Assembly (NCBI GenBank): GCA_036172245.1
Contig: JAYWIR010000063.1
Coordinates: forward strand, 248,001-312,000
DNA from: Raillietiella orientalis
Lineage: Eukaryota
Direction: 5' to 3'
DNA length: 64,000 nt
A model generated the notes under the pieces. The model ran no database searches. It saw only the letters and a list, made by a program, of their open reading frames with translations, and was not told the origin of the DNA. Position 1 is the stretch's first letter, and each line of letters opens with the position of its first letter. The position numbers and the translations under genes are program-made. Below, one piece after another: positions 12,301-24,097 of the stretch.

Positions 12301-15300
12301 GTCCTCTGCGAGACGAACCCGACCTCTGATCCAGGCGAGTGGCAGGAATGCCACTGCCTCCGGGACATCAACGGAGGTGAGAAACTCCTTGCTCGCTAAT
12401 CCCTTTCCCCTTGGACCTCTCCTCCTTCCGGCCCGCGCCAGATGACTTCATAACCCTGGACAGCTGCAACGGCGGCAAAAGCGTGGACAAGCTGTACATC
12501 GTGTCGCCAAATGACTCCCTGATCTCGATCGACTTCGCCCTGGTCGGCTTCGTGGACGGGGAGGTTTCCCTGGCCTGCCAGGGACCGCAGCGCCAGAGGG
12601 TTCCTCAAGTCGCGGCTTGCGGAGCCGAGAATTCTTTCGCATGGGTAAAGTACTTGTAAGTTTTGCATCCTCACCACGCTGACGCTTTTGCCTGATTGGG
12701 CGGTCCAGTTTGATAGCTCCTTCCTCCTCTTACCTCTCTCTTCTTCTTCCTTCTGTCTTCCTCCTTTGAAAGCTCCTTCCTCCTTACAATGGCCGTCCGC
12801 TTTTTCCTCTGATACGCTCCTTCGCTCTCGTCTTCACGAGATACGCCATCAACCGAGCCGAAGGGCAAAGCGAAGGCTTCGTCTTTCGCTGCACGCAACG
12901 AGCCAACTAAAACCGGCCCCCACCCAGTCGGGTTTCAAGCGCCCCCTCCCTGCGTTATCCACGTCGTCTAACATCTCCTTCCGGAGGATTCGGGGCGATT
13001 CCTTCACGCGTTGGCGAGGAGAGAATCTCGAAAGACCCGTCCGCGGGTTTCCTGCCGACGGCCATCACGCAGAAGCGTGCTGTTGAGGATCCCGGTGGTA
13101 AGGGACGCACTCCGACGTATTCTGGTCGATTTTTCTAAGGTCCTTCAAATTCTAAAAATAGATTCCCAATTGACACGGTGTCTCTTTTTTCTTTGGCATG
13201 TCAAGATGGTCGCGTCCGGTGCAAGAGCTTTCTCCAGTTTCGGGAGAGTTCTCAAACCATGGATGAGTGGCGCAGGTGAGAGCATCAGCCGCTCTGCGGA
13301 CCCGTGGCTCTCACCCTCCCTCCCACCATTATCTGCGGGTGGCTGGAGATCCGGTTTGGGGTCCCGGCAACTGCATCCGACCCCGTCCTCCAGCATGCGG
13401 CAACCCGGACTCGTTTTCGTGACAGGTAGCGCGCTCCCGACGACGACCTTGAAAGGAGTGCGCGCCCAGGACGATGTTCTTCTTCGCCCGCGTGCGCATT
13501 CCTCTTCGTCACATGGCAAAGGCTGCCTACCGCAACACCCTCCTCCCCACCTCGGGTCCCTAGCAGAGCGAAGAGGGGGGAGGTCGGCTCTTCCGAACGT
13601 GTGCGCCACCCTGGTCTGCACCCGGTCACGCCGGGACAGTCATCTAAAAAATGGGTGAACCGGAAGTCGGAGTGGGCGGAATCCCCTCAATGCAACAGCA
13701 CGGCAAGAAAAAAAGGGAAGTTTGCTGGAGGTGACTATCGGCACACAGGCCGGCTTTTAAGGGAGTCCGAAGCAGGAGGTAGAGGCAGGATAAATAAAGA
13801 AAAAGGATAAGACGGGAGCATGTGGACAGGAGTCGTCGATCTGGAATTCCTTCCTGAAGCTGACTGCGCATGCTGGCGGTCTCCCTAGAGACTTCTGGCA
13901 GGCGAGGCCATCTTGTAGTCATCCTCATCAAGGCGGCTGCCATACTGGAGACCTCCCTTCGCTGCCATGCTGGCGACCTCCTTCCGCTGCGAACGTGACT
14001 CTGTCACAACGCAGACTGCCACGATGGCGCGGATGCGGCATCTCGTCGCCTGCCTTCAGCCCGCATTCCGTGAAGGAACAACGCGGCAAGGCCATGGCGC
14101 TGTCCTCCCGGTGGCGGACCGCCGAAACGCTTCCACCAGAGGTCCTCCGTGGCACCGCAGTCCAACAAGAGGTGCGGCAGCGATCCCACCGCCCCGCGTC
14201 TCCGCATCCATCCTGGAGGTTCACCACTCCCGCACTGCCACCGGCGCGCATCGCCCCCTGGCTGCGCGAGGACTTCGTCTGACTTCCCAGGACGCGCGGC
14301 TTTCTTCCGTTCCGGGCACCTGAACCCCGCGTGGCACGCGGCGCGTTTTGCATCCGGACCTCCGCTCGCGGCAGTCGCCAGGTTTTGCCCCGGTTCCCAC
14401 CCGCTGACCTCCTCCCCCTGCCTTCCCGAATGCCACGAATCCATCTTCTGTCATTTCGGATGACTGAGGTGGATGTGGGAAGCGGAGGAGCAGCAACGTG
14501 ACGGGAGTTCGCTGCCGCTCTGCTCGCCCGGGTTCCAGGCGGCGCGGATGCAGGGAATATCCTCCGAGCAAACTCGCGATTCCCGCCTCTTTCCGGATTC
14601 TGCAATCTCTGCCAGTTTGGCACCTTCGTCTCCGTCTTCCTGCCCCACGGCTCCACCCCTATCAACTTGGGTGTCACTAGTGATTTCTTCTCCGACCAAC
14701 TCACAGCTTACCATTTTTCTTGTACGCTCTGCAAGAACAAAGGGATCATCGACTGAATCTCCTAGGTTTTTCATCTTTCCTTTTGCAATGGTGGCCAGTT
14801 TTAGAGTTCCCGGTCCGTCGAAACTGACATTGTTAACCTTTTATTTCTTTCGTATATGGTCTTGCTCCCCCGAGCTCTGCAGCGAGGAAAGGTCACCACC
14901 ACCATATTCGGTGCTTCTTGCAAAATGAACGCCGGCGGAAAACCTCATGCCTCTCCCTCGCCGTTCGGGTTGGCGCTAGGCGGCGCGGGTTCCGCTGGAA
15001 CGCCACAGGGTCCGCTCTTGTTTTCGCCTGCCACTCTTTGCACGCTTTTTCCTGGTGCCAGTTGTGCGTCTTCGGCGCTGAAGACACGCACGGCAAGCTT
15101 TGCTGCCAGCGGTCGCAGAGGCTTCATTTCATCTCCGCCAACTGCCTCCGGGCCTCTACGCCTCCTTCATCGAACCTATTGGTCCCTGCCCGGCTCTTCG
15201 TCGCTTCGCCTCGCTTTCTTTTCCCTGTTGGGGGAGCCACTGTGAACCCAGTTAGGGTTGATTCCACCTGCGACCCACTCCAGCTCCGGTGCTGAACCTA

Positions 15301-18300
15301 TTTTACCGTGCGCTCGTGGACTCACATCGTCATCCGCGGAGCACCGGGGCACACGAACGGCAGCGCCAACTTCTCCGATTTGGCTCGACTTGTTCTTGCC
15401 TTTTCCTGCACCCTTCAGCTAACCCTGCGGCAGTCACCCCTTCCACCTCGCGCCTCGACTCCGCCGTGGCCTCCGCCGCTCCTGCTGTGGTCGCAGCCAG
15501 CAAAGAAGGCGTGTCGCGCGCGCGCTCATTGTGATCAGGGGACGCGCAGTTCCCGCTCAAAGCTCGCGTGGGTCGGGGCATCGCACGGGGCCGGAATCCA
15601 CCGTTGCATTGGGACGCTCGCCGTCTCCCTGACGACGAGCGTTTTCGGTGGTCCCGCAGGGATGCACGGTAGCGACGGCAGGAGACGTGTTGGATCCCCC
15701 CCTTCGTGCTGTGGCTGCCGTCCGCAACGGACACGTCTAGCAGACCGTCCACGCAGCAGTGCCTCCGAGGTCTGCGTGGTTTTGCTGTCAATCGTGGTCA
15801 GTGGACCGGAAGCGCTAACCACCTGCTCAAGACCGTGCACGTAGCTCTTTTTCCGGCGCTCCCTCCGAGAGATCGCGCAGGTCCTCCGACGGGCGGCGTC
15901 CACCGCTGCTCGCGCGCTGTTGAGCTTCCTGGTCGTTTCCCTGACGGCAGCTGTGGTTGGCCGCCGGCGAGGGGCGCAACAACCTCGCGCGGCTCGCCGA
16001 AGGGACCCCTTTCGCACGCCGAGGAAGGAAAGGAGGGAGGGAACTGCGTGGGCGAAAGGGTCGTCCGGAAGCAGAACCTCTGGACGCGCGCGAACCTCTG
16101 AGGAACGCACCGCGCGCGCGATCGCGCCCTTCGAAACGCCTTCCTATCTTTCAGGTGCCAAGGAACTTCCCTCTGCACACTAAACATGATGAAAATTCGG
16201 AAGATCTTCTCTCACTCCTGTCCGCAGCCCCTGAGGGCAGAGCTCATCTTACAGTACCACTTTGTCAGAGCCTCCGCCTTCTATTGCCTCCCCGAGATGG
16301 TCTTTGACGAGAACATGTCTTCCTGCTTTGCAACTTCCCCGTCGACGAACACGGCCGGGGAGTCCCAGGATTTCTGCCGTTCGATCGGCGGCGACCTGGG
16401 TCCCATGACCGTGGCACCTTCGAAGGCCCTGGAGCTGCTCAGGACTGATGGACCCCTCTGGGTGTCGGGAGTTGTGGAGGACGACCCCAAACGGATGAGC
16501 GGACCGCTGCCGCGAGGGTTCAACCTTGCCGCGAGATACGCGCAACCCTCGGGGGGCGGGTCAGCGCCCTTCGAGCTGTACCTGGAAACCACCGGTGACA
16601 TCCGCGGGTTGTGCATCTTGGCTCAGGAGGCTCTGGACCCCGTGACCACGCCGACGAGATCTTCGAGTACAGCAGCCACACCGACGAGATCTTCGAGTAC
16701 AGCAACCACACCGACGAGATCTTCGAGTACTGCAGCCACACCGACGAGATCTTCGAGTACTGCAGCCACAACGACGAACTCTTCGAATCCAGCAACCACG
16801 CCAACAAGCTCCCGTAGCCCGACAACCACGTCGACGAGCTCCCGGAGCACCTCCTCCTCGCAACGCGTTTCCACTTCGACCGCAGGTTGGCCGCGCCGAG
16901 TCGCTTCGGCCCTGCGACTCTGGGTCGACCTTTCCTTCCTCTCCGCTCCCAGGGCCGTCCCCGTCGCAGCCCACGAACCACTCGTGGACGTCAACGACGC
17001 CAGGCAGCTCCGTTTCCTCCCGCAGCGCCCCTGCATCGACACCCTCGCCAGCCACGACCACTCGCTCGACCACGGAAGCAGCCACTACCAGGCGAAGTAG
17101 GTGAACTCCGCTGACCCCGGCGCTGCGCTGGCGTCTCATCGGATCGCGTGCGCCATCCTTCGCCGGTGGCGGGAAGCGCGAGCGCTTCTGGGCTGGGGCC
17201 GCACTGGCAGTCGCGGGTTCGAATCCCAGCGTGTGCGTGGTCGGTTTCGGAGCTTTTCGGCAGAGTGGCTCTGGTTGGCCCACAATCGGGTGCGGCAGTG
17301 GTGGAAGAGGCCGGATTCCCCGTTGACTGACCACCGGATCTGGTTGATACCCCCCTAGGGGGTCGCCTCTCCAGAGTGTCAGAAGCGCGCTGTTCCCTTC
17401 CGGGCTAGCTTCAGAGGAGGAAACCGGGAGCGATTCCCTTGCGGGTTCCCTTCGGAGAAGAAATTCAGGAGCAGCACCTTTCCGTGTTCTCTTCGGAGAA
17501 GAAGCGAGAAGAGGACCCCGAGGTCTCTCCAAAGGGAGCTAGGAAGAAGACGTTTCCCCCGGCCTTCGGGGTTCCCTTCGGAGACAACCAGGTCGAGGGT
17601 TCCCTCCCAGGTCTTCCTGGATCCACAGAGTGGTCCCTCCAGGGTCACTCTCCAGCTTGAAGGGTCGCACGCACTGCCAGGTGGCGTGGACAGTGTCAAG
17701 GAAGAGTTTCTTGAGTCCTCCGTGAGGTGGCGAACGGCTTCTGAGCACTCCTTGGGAACCAGAAAAAGAGAAAAGAAATTCCGAGGGAGGCTGCAAGGAG
17801 CCAACAGATGGACGAGCGAAGGCCGTCGCCGCTCGCCGCACGCAAGCAGGAATCGCACTGATATCCTCCTCTTCCTGCTCGTCCCTCCCTTCCTTCTGCT
17901 CTTCCTCTGCTCTTACTTCCTTTCCCTCTCCTTCCCTCCTCCTCCCCCTCCCTTCCTCTCTCCTCCTCCGTCCTCGTTTTTCTTTAGTTCTTCCTCCTTT
18001 GACAGCTCCTCTGAATTGGGAACTCACCGTGCTCGGGAGCGCTGTGTGGAGCAGACAGATGCAGGGAGGAGAGGGGGACAGAGCGCTCGTTCCCCTCTCC
18101 GCCTGTCGGGCGCCGCCGTTGCGTGTTGCCGTTCCGCCACCTGCCGCGAGAGCGCAGCACGCGCGGAAGCGAAGGCGGCCTCGCGAACGGCTCGCGGTCC
18201 AGCAATCGGTTGCGAAGATGCCCCTCCGAAAGCGGAGGAGGCGCCGGCTCAGCGTCACCCGCGCGAGCGGACCCCACCGATTCACGAGAAATTTGTCGCC

Positions 18301-21300
18301 CCAGACAAGGTCATGTGTCCGCCTGTGTGCATCAGAATGGAGAACAATCGTCATGCGTACTGTTGGCCGGAGTCGGCTCCGGGTCTCGTCCACCACGCCT
18401 GCCCGGAAGACAACTACGGCGAGTCCACCTGGGAGTGTGAGGAAACGGGGAGATGGAAAGGCTCTTTTCCGGATCTGGGGTAAGACGACCCACGCCCCAC
18501 TGAAAGGGGAAGACGCAAGCAAAATCCCGGGATGGCACGGGTGACCTTGGATGAAGGCATCAAAAGTTCACTCTCTCGGAAAGGCAAACGCCTTTCCGAG
18601 AGATCATCAGGGGTCACCGTGCGCGACGGGTCCACCATACCGGCAGCCTTGAGTTCGAGTTTCGTCGTGCAGGTGGGACGCGCCAGAAACCTCCGAGAGC
18701 TGCTCTTGGCGGCTCAGTCCCCGGTAGTCCAGGGGCAGCATCCTGACCGAGCACGGAAACTGAGACGGGATCGTCGCTGCCCTCGGAAGCGGAAGCGCTT
18801 CGCGACCGAGATCAAGCGCGCAGTTGTCCAGCGCCCTCCAGCGGCGAGCACATCCCGTTCACGGGGCGCACGCCGTCTCGTCGCAGGTCGGGGCTGCTCC
18901 GCCCGGCGTATGGGACCCCCACTCCATCCCTCAGGACAGCTCGGGATCCGGGAACGTTAGCCTGCGAGATTGGCGTTCTCACCCGAGCCGCCCTGGGCTC
19001 CACGTTCCGTTCGCTCGCCTACCGGCAGCCAATCCGGGTCGAGCTCGAGAGAAACTGCAGGACGGCAGACGCGCGGACGTGCGGAAGAATTTCCGCCTCC
19101 TTCGAAGGAGGCGCGGCAGCTGCCGAAAGAGCACCGGGCCAGGAAGCAGGGCTCCCCCTCCACACGCATGCGGGAGTCGCTCCTCCCGTCGCCGAAGGGC
19201 AAGAGGGTGCGCTCGTGGGTGTCCCCGCAGGCTCGCGGCAGGAAGCGCCCACTGCGCCACAAGAGTCCCGGAGCGCATCACTTGGAGGCGGCTCGATCAA
19301 CCCCAGTGGCCAAGTAGAATTATCCCAGGTCCTTCCTGGGTCTCTCCACCTCCTTTGGCTGGACGTGTGGGCAACGTGACCCGCCCTTCGCGCATGCGCA
19401 TCGATGGCAAATCGGTGAGTGAGAGGTATCGGCGGTGGACGCGAGGGAGGTGGCGCATCGGTGGGTGGCGTCGCGATCCCCCCTGCCAGAGGTCTCGCTG
19501 TCTGAAGCGATTTCTTTCTGAGAGGGAAGGGGGAGGAAGTGGAGGCTGCTGGAGGGGATATGGTGCCCAGCGGCGAGAAAACATTCCTGGCATGCGCGGG
19601 CGTGGTCCCCGTCGTCGTTAGGGAGACCGCAGAGCGGCTGGTGTGCGACTGCTGCCATTCTAGCAACTGCTTCGGCTTGGTCATCGACCACCAAGATTTT
19701 GAGGACGACCCGTGCAATGCCCTGGGCAACCTGACCCGCCAGATTTGGCAGATCGCCTTCCTGTCGTCCGCCGACTTGAACAGGACTCTGACCGTGCTGA
19801 AGGAGACGGCAGACGAGACGGATAGGGTGATCTCGGGCTGCGCGGACTTTTCCTTCGCCGCGGAGCTCGCCTGGAACGTCAGCAATGCCGCAATGGACGT
19901 CCTGGACGGGCTCTTCAGGCATGCGGTTTCCTGGTTTACTCAGGACAAGGCAGTCAGGATGGAGATGGTCAGCAGAGCGCTGGAGACGATGGACAGTTCC
20001 TCTCTGCTCATCGCCAAGACAACAGGCGGCCAGCACTCGGTACAAAGGAAGGCCTTTGGTGAGTAGAAGGACGGCAGAGCCACTGGGAGGGAAGCGAAGA
20101 GGCAGTGGAACGCTGCCTCCCATCCCCCTTCCAAGGCCACCTCGCCGCGCTGTGGCTGCGCGAGTTTCCCTCTGGTCCACACGGGGCGACCCAGAGGCGG
20201 CTTGCGGAGGGAAGAAGTTCACGCAAGGACTGCCGGATGCCGGCCGCAGGGGGGGTCCCGCAGCTTCGGCGGCCGCGAGGAGACCTCGGCCGTTCGAGAG
20301 ACCTTGCGGAAATGCCTTCAAGCACCCAGCCTAGCCGTTCCCTTTGGCGACCCGGAAAGGTCTCGCTAGAGAAGTCGTGGCAGCTGGCCGAGCCGGGAAG
20401 AAGGGGGGGGAGGAGGACAGCAAGATGCAGCATCCTTGGAGCAGGGAATGTCCGTCGCTGTAAGCGTGCCGTTCGCCGGCCGTCGTCCAGGAAGCGCCCG
20501 TGCCCGTTGGCGTAGTCCGCGATCTGGGTGGGGGAGGTGGAAGGGCGGAGGAAGGGAAAACCCTTCCGTCCCTCTGGAATGTTCCAGCCGGAAGTCCCCG
20601 CCATCTTGATTCGGAGCCAACTTCTTTCTCGTTTGCAGCTCGTTGCGTCCTCCGACAACTCCCTGGAAGATTTTCCTTGGCGCTTCCCGGCTGCCCGCAG
20701 CGGGAGCGCCCCCGTTTAGCTGCTGCCCGCGCCGGCTGGTTCGAACGAAGGGACGAACGAGAAAGACCGCGTGTTGCCAAGGGCAGCGGGTACGAGCCCT
20801 TGGCAAACACCACTGACGGATTCCTGGCGGTTCTGGTCACTACGGGATCAGACACGTTCCTAGAGCCCGTCATTGATAGCATCCAGCCGCTCCCGATTCC
20901 CGGCTACCTCTCGGCTTGGCATCCGCCCGACCTGCGTCGACCGTCCTGGGCGTCTTCTCACGGGAGCACTCGGAGCTCGCGGCGCCCAGCGTCGATCCCT
21001 CACCGCGCCACTGGATGCCGCGTTTGGACTTATTCGGCCACGGCGGGGTTCCGACGCCGCCGTGGTCGCCAGCGCGGGCAGTGCACCTCTCCAATGAACC
21101 ATGCCTTTTCCCCCAACCTTTTTCTTTTTTTTTTTTTACTCTCCCCAAGGAACGGAGAGCGATGGAGGTAATCCCGTTGCGGTGATTGATTCGATTTGAT
21201 GCTCGATTTGATGAAGTTCTCTTTTTCAGCGATGCAAGCCACGTGCTTGCAGAATTCGTCTTCGTCCGTCAGTCTGCAGTCCGACTCCGCGCATGTGGCC

Positions 21301-23967
21301 ATTTCCGGGCAGCTCATCGCTTCCTGGGAATCTCAGCTACCAACGAACGTTTCGTTCCGGTGTCACCTCCCCTTCGTTTTCGTCGTGTACAGCAACCTTC
21401 ACTGCCTCCTGGAGGCGTCCTGGAGAGACAACATGTAAGACTGGGGAAGGAGGGCAGTGCGCCCCTTCGAGCATGACCTCATCCGCGGTCAGATGTTCCG
21501 AGATGCATCGCATCGATCGCAGCAAGGCGCACGCCATGTCGAAAGTCGTGGGGCTGGTCAGGTGGGTAGCCACTGGGAACTCGTCCCATCCCTTCGAGCA
21601 CCCCGTCGTCATCGAGATGGAGCATCTGACCGGCTTCAGGATCCTGGCGCATAGGTGCGTTTACTGGGACCTCAGAGAGAACAGGTGGGCGACCGAAGGC
21701 TGCGAGCTCGTCTCTTCCGAGTTCGGGTACACCATCTGCCGGTGCTCCCACCTCACCAACTTTGCCCTGCTGCTCGACGTGCACAACACCTCCCTCCAGG
21801 TACGCGGTTCTTCCAGGCACCTCCACGCGCCGGGTCGGCCGGCGACCTCGTCGTTCCCTGGGCTGGAGAAGTTCCCGAGAGCAGAACCTCCGCAGTCAGG
21901 GGGTGCTCAAGGGAGGGAATCTTCCTGTTCTCTCCCCCTACCCTTTCCTCGAGCAAGAACGCCGATAGGAGCTAGAGGGGCACCAGAGAGACACGACGGA
22001 GGGTTGCCCTCATCCGGCCTCCCCATTGGCATGAGAAACGTGCGTTGCCGATAACGGACGGATGTTCTCGAAGAGAGGCTCGAAGAGGAGGCAAAGGGGG
22101 GCCGCTTCCGTTCGATTGCTCTGCTGTTTTTACACGGAGAGAGACTTGAAAGCGGCGCGACCCGAGCGCGGCGGCTTCGCGGCGTGACGTCAGCGAGGCT
22201 CCAGGCGGGTCGGTTTCAAGCGGCGCACGCTGCATTTTCGGGTTCCCCCAAGGTCGGAGGATCACCAAAACTCCGATGTGCCACTGCCACTGCTGTCCGA
22301 ACCCCCTGGCGCCCCATGCGACGCGTGAATGAGCGCAGGGTGTTCTCTTTCGAGAGTGCCGAAATTTCGCTCCGAGTTGCCTGGTTTGCAGCACGCAACG
22401 CGCGCCATCCCCCTTCCCGAGTCGGCTGGCAGTGCAGGAGGATGCGGGAGACGCTTCTTCTTTGAGAACCCACATCTGCAGAGCGACGGAAAATGGAGTT
22501 GCCGTCCCCGGTTCCCCCGCGTCGTGCGAGCGGGATGTTTCGAGGGAAAAAGCCACTTCCCACCGTGGAAGCCTCCTTCCGGGAAAGGCGAGAACGCTGC
22601 AACCTCGAGGTCCGCCGAGGTGAGGGAAGGCTCTGCCTGTCGTCCGGCTCTGCCCTTCGAGAGCTCCTTTCCGCTCGCCTGTGTCCCGGACAAACACCAG
22701 ACCAGCAGTCTCGGACTACTTTGTGTCGCGGATGACCTTACGGTGGGCTTTTCGTTCCGCAGGCATTCCAGCAGGTAACGAGCGTCTCGGGGGTACGCTG
22801 CATTTTTTTTTTTTCTCCGTGGAACGCTTTGCACACGGCACGTTCCTGCCCCCTGAGCTTCCGGAGATAGCAAACGCCCTGGCAGGAGCGTGTCATAGTG
22901 CGGCGATATTTGGGGAAGGTGCGTCCACGCGTGGTCGGAGTCTCCCGCCCGCGTCAAGCCCCCTTCGTCCCCTGATCGGGAAGCACTCCCCGTTTCCTCT
23001 TCGTGGAGGTGCAGTGCACGCGCCGGTCGCAGGTTGCCAACGGAAAGCCCAGCGAAGGGGAAGGCGGGCTCGGAGATGGGAAGGCGTTGAGTGGAAAGAA
23101 AATTCATAAGCACTTAAGAAAAGAAGAAAAAGGAGTGGGGGTGGGGGATAACTAGGAGCTCTTTCGACCCCTCGAGGAAGGAGGGACCGGCGAGCGTTCC
23201 GGATCCCTTGCCAAAATCCTCTTCTGGGCCGAAACCTGGTGTGGCCGAACTTCTTCCCACCACCCTTTCTTCCAGAATTTCGAAACCTTCCTGGAACTCC
23301 TGGGGAAAACCGGGTGCTTCGTTTCGTTCCTGTTTCTCGTGGGCACGATCGCCTGCTTCCGGCTGCAGACAGTGCTGCCCTCGAGCCGGCGGACCGCCGT
23401 GCACCTGAATCTGTGCATCTGCCTGGCGGCGTCCGACCTGCTGCTCGTCCTCCCCGTCAAGTCCGAGGCCACCATCGCGTGTGCCATACAGGCCGGCGCC
23501 CTCCTGTACTTCCTCCTCTGCTCCTTCCTCTGGATGCTGCTGGAGGGCTGGCAGATGTACCTCATGATCACCAAGGTGAGTGGGGAGCTCTTCCTACCTC
23601 CGCGCGTGGGGCAGGCGAGCGGCCTCGACCGAGGGGGCCGAGGCGCGCTGGGAGATCCCCAAAGAACCAAAAAATAGGCACAAATCCCTACCCTCGTGTA
23701 GAGTGACGTAGATGAGTATGTAGATTCATGTAAAGATTATAAAAAACACATACATATATATCGATACACATATGTGTAGAATAATATGCATTCCAAACAT
23801 AATGAAAAATAAGCACACATGTGCATTATGCATATTTATGTATCGAGTAATATGTAGATCGGTATATACATGAAGATTATAAAAATAAACACACACCTTT
23901 ATTATATATTTATATAAAGAGCACTATATAGATTACTCTCTCTATATATAGAGAGAGTTATATATAT

Positions 23968-24039
<72 letters not shown>

Positions 24040-24049
24040 ATATATATAA

Positions 24050-24097
<48 letters not shown>

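Noticed and set aside
20639..20719. Extra aGPCR exon after the tttgcag acceptor
   Set aside because: No suitable donor or domain similarity seen; the model is in phase without it.
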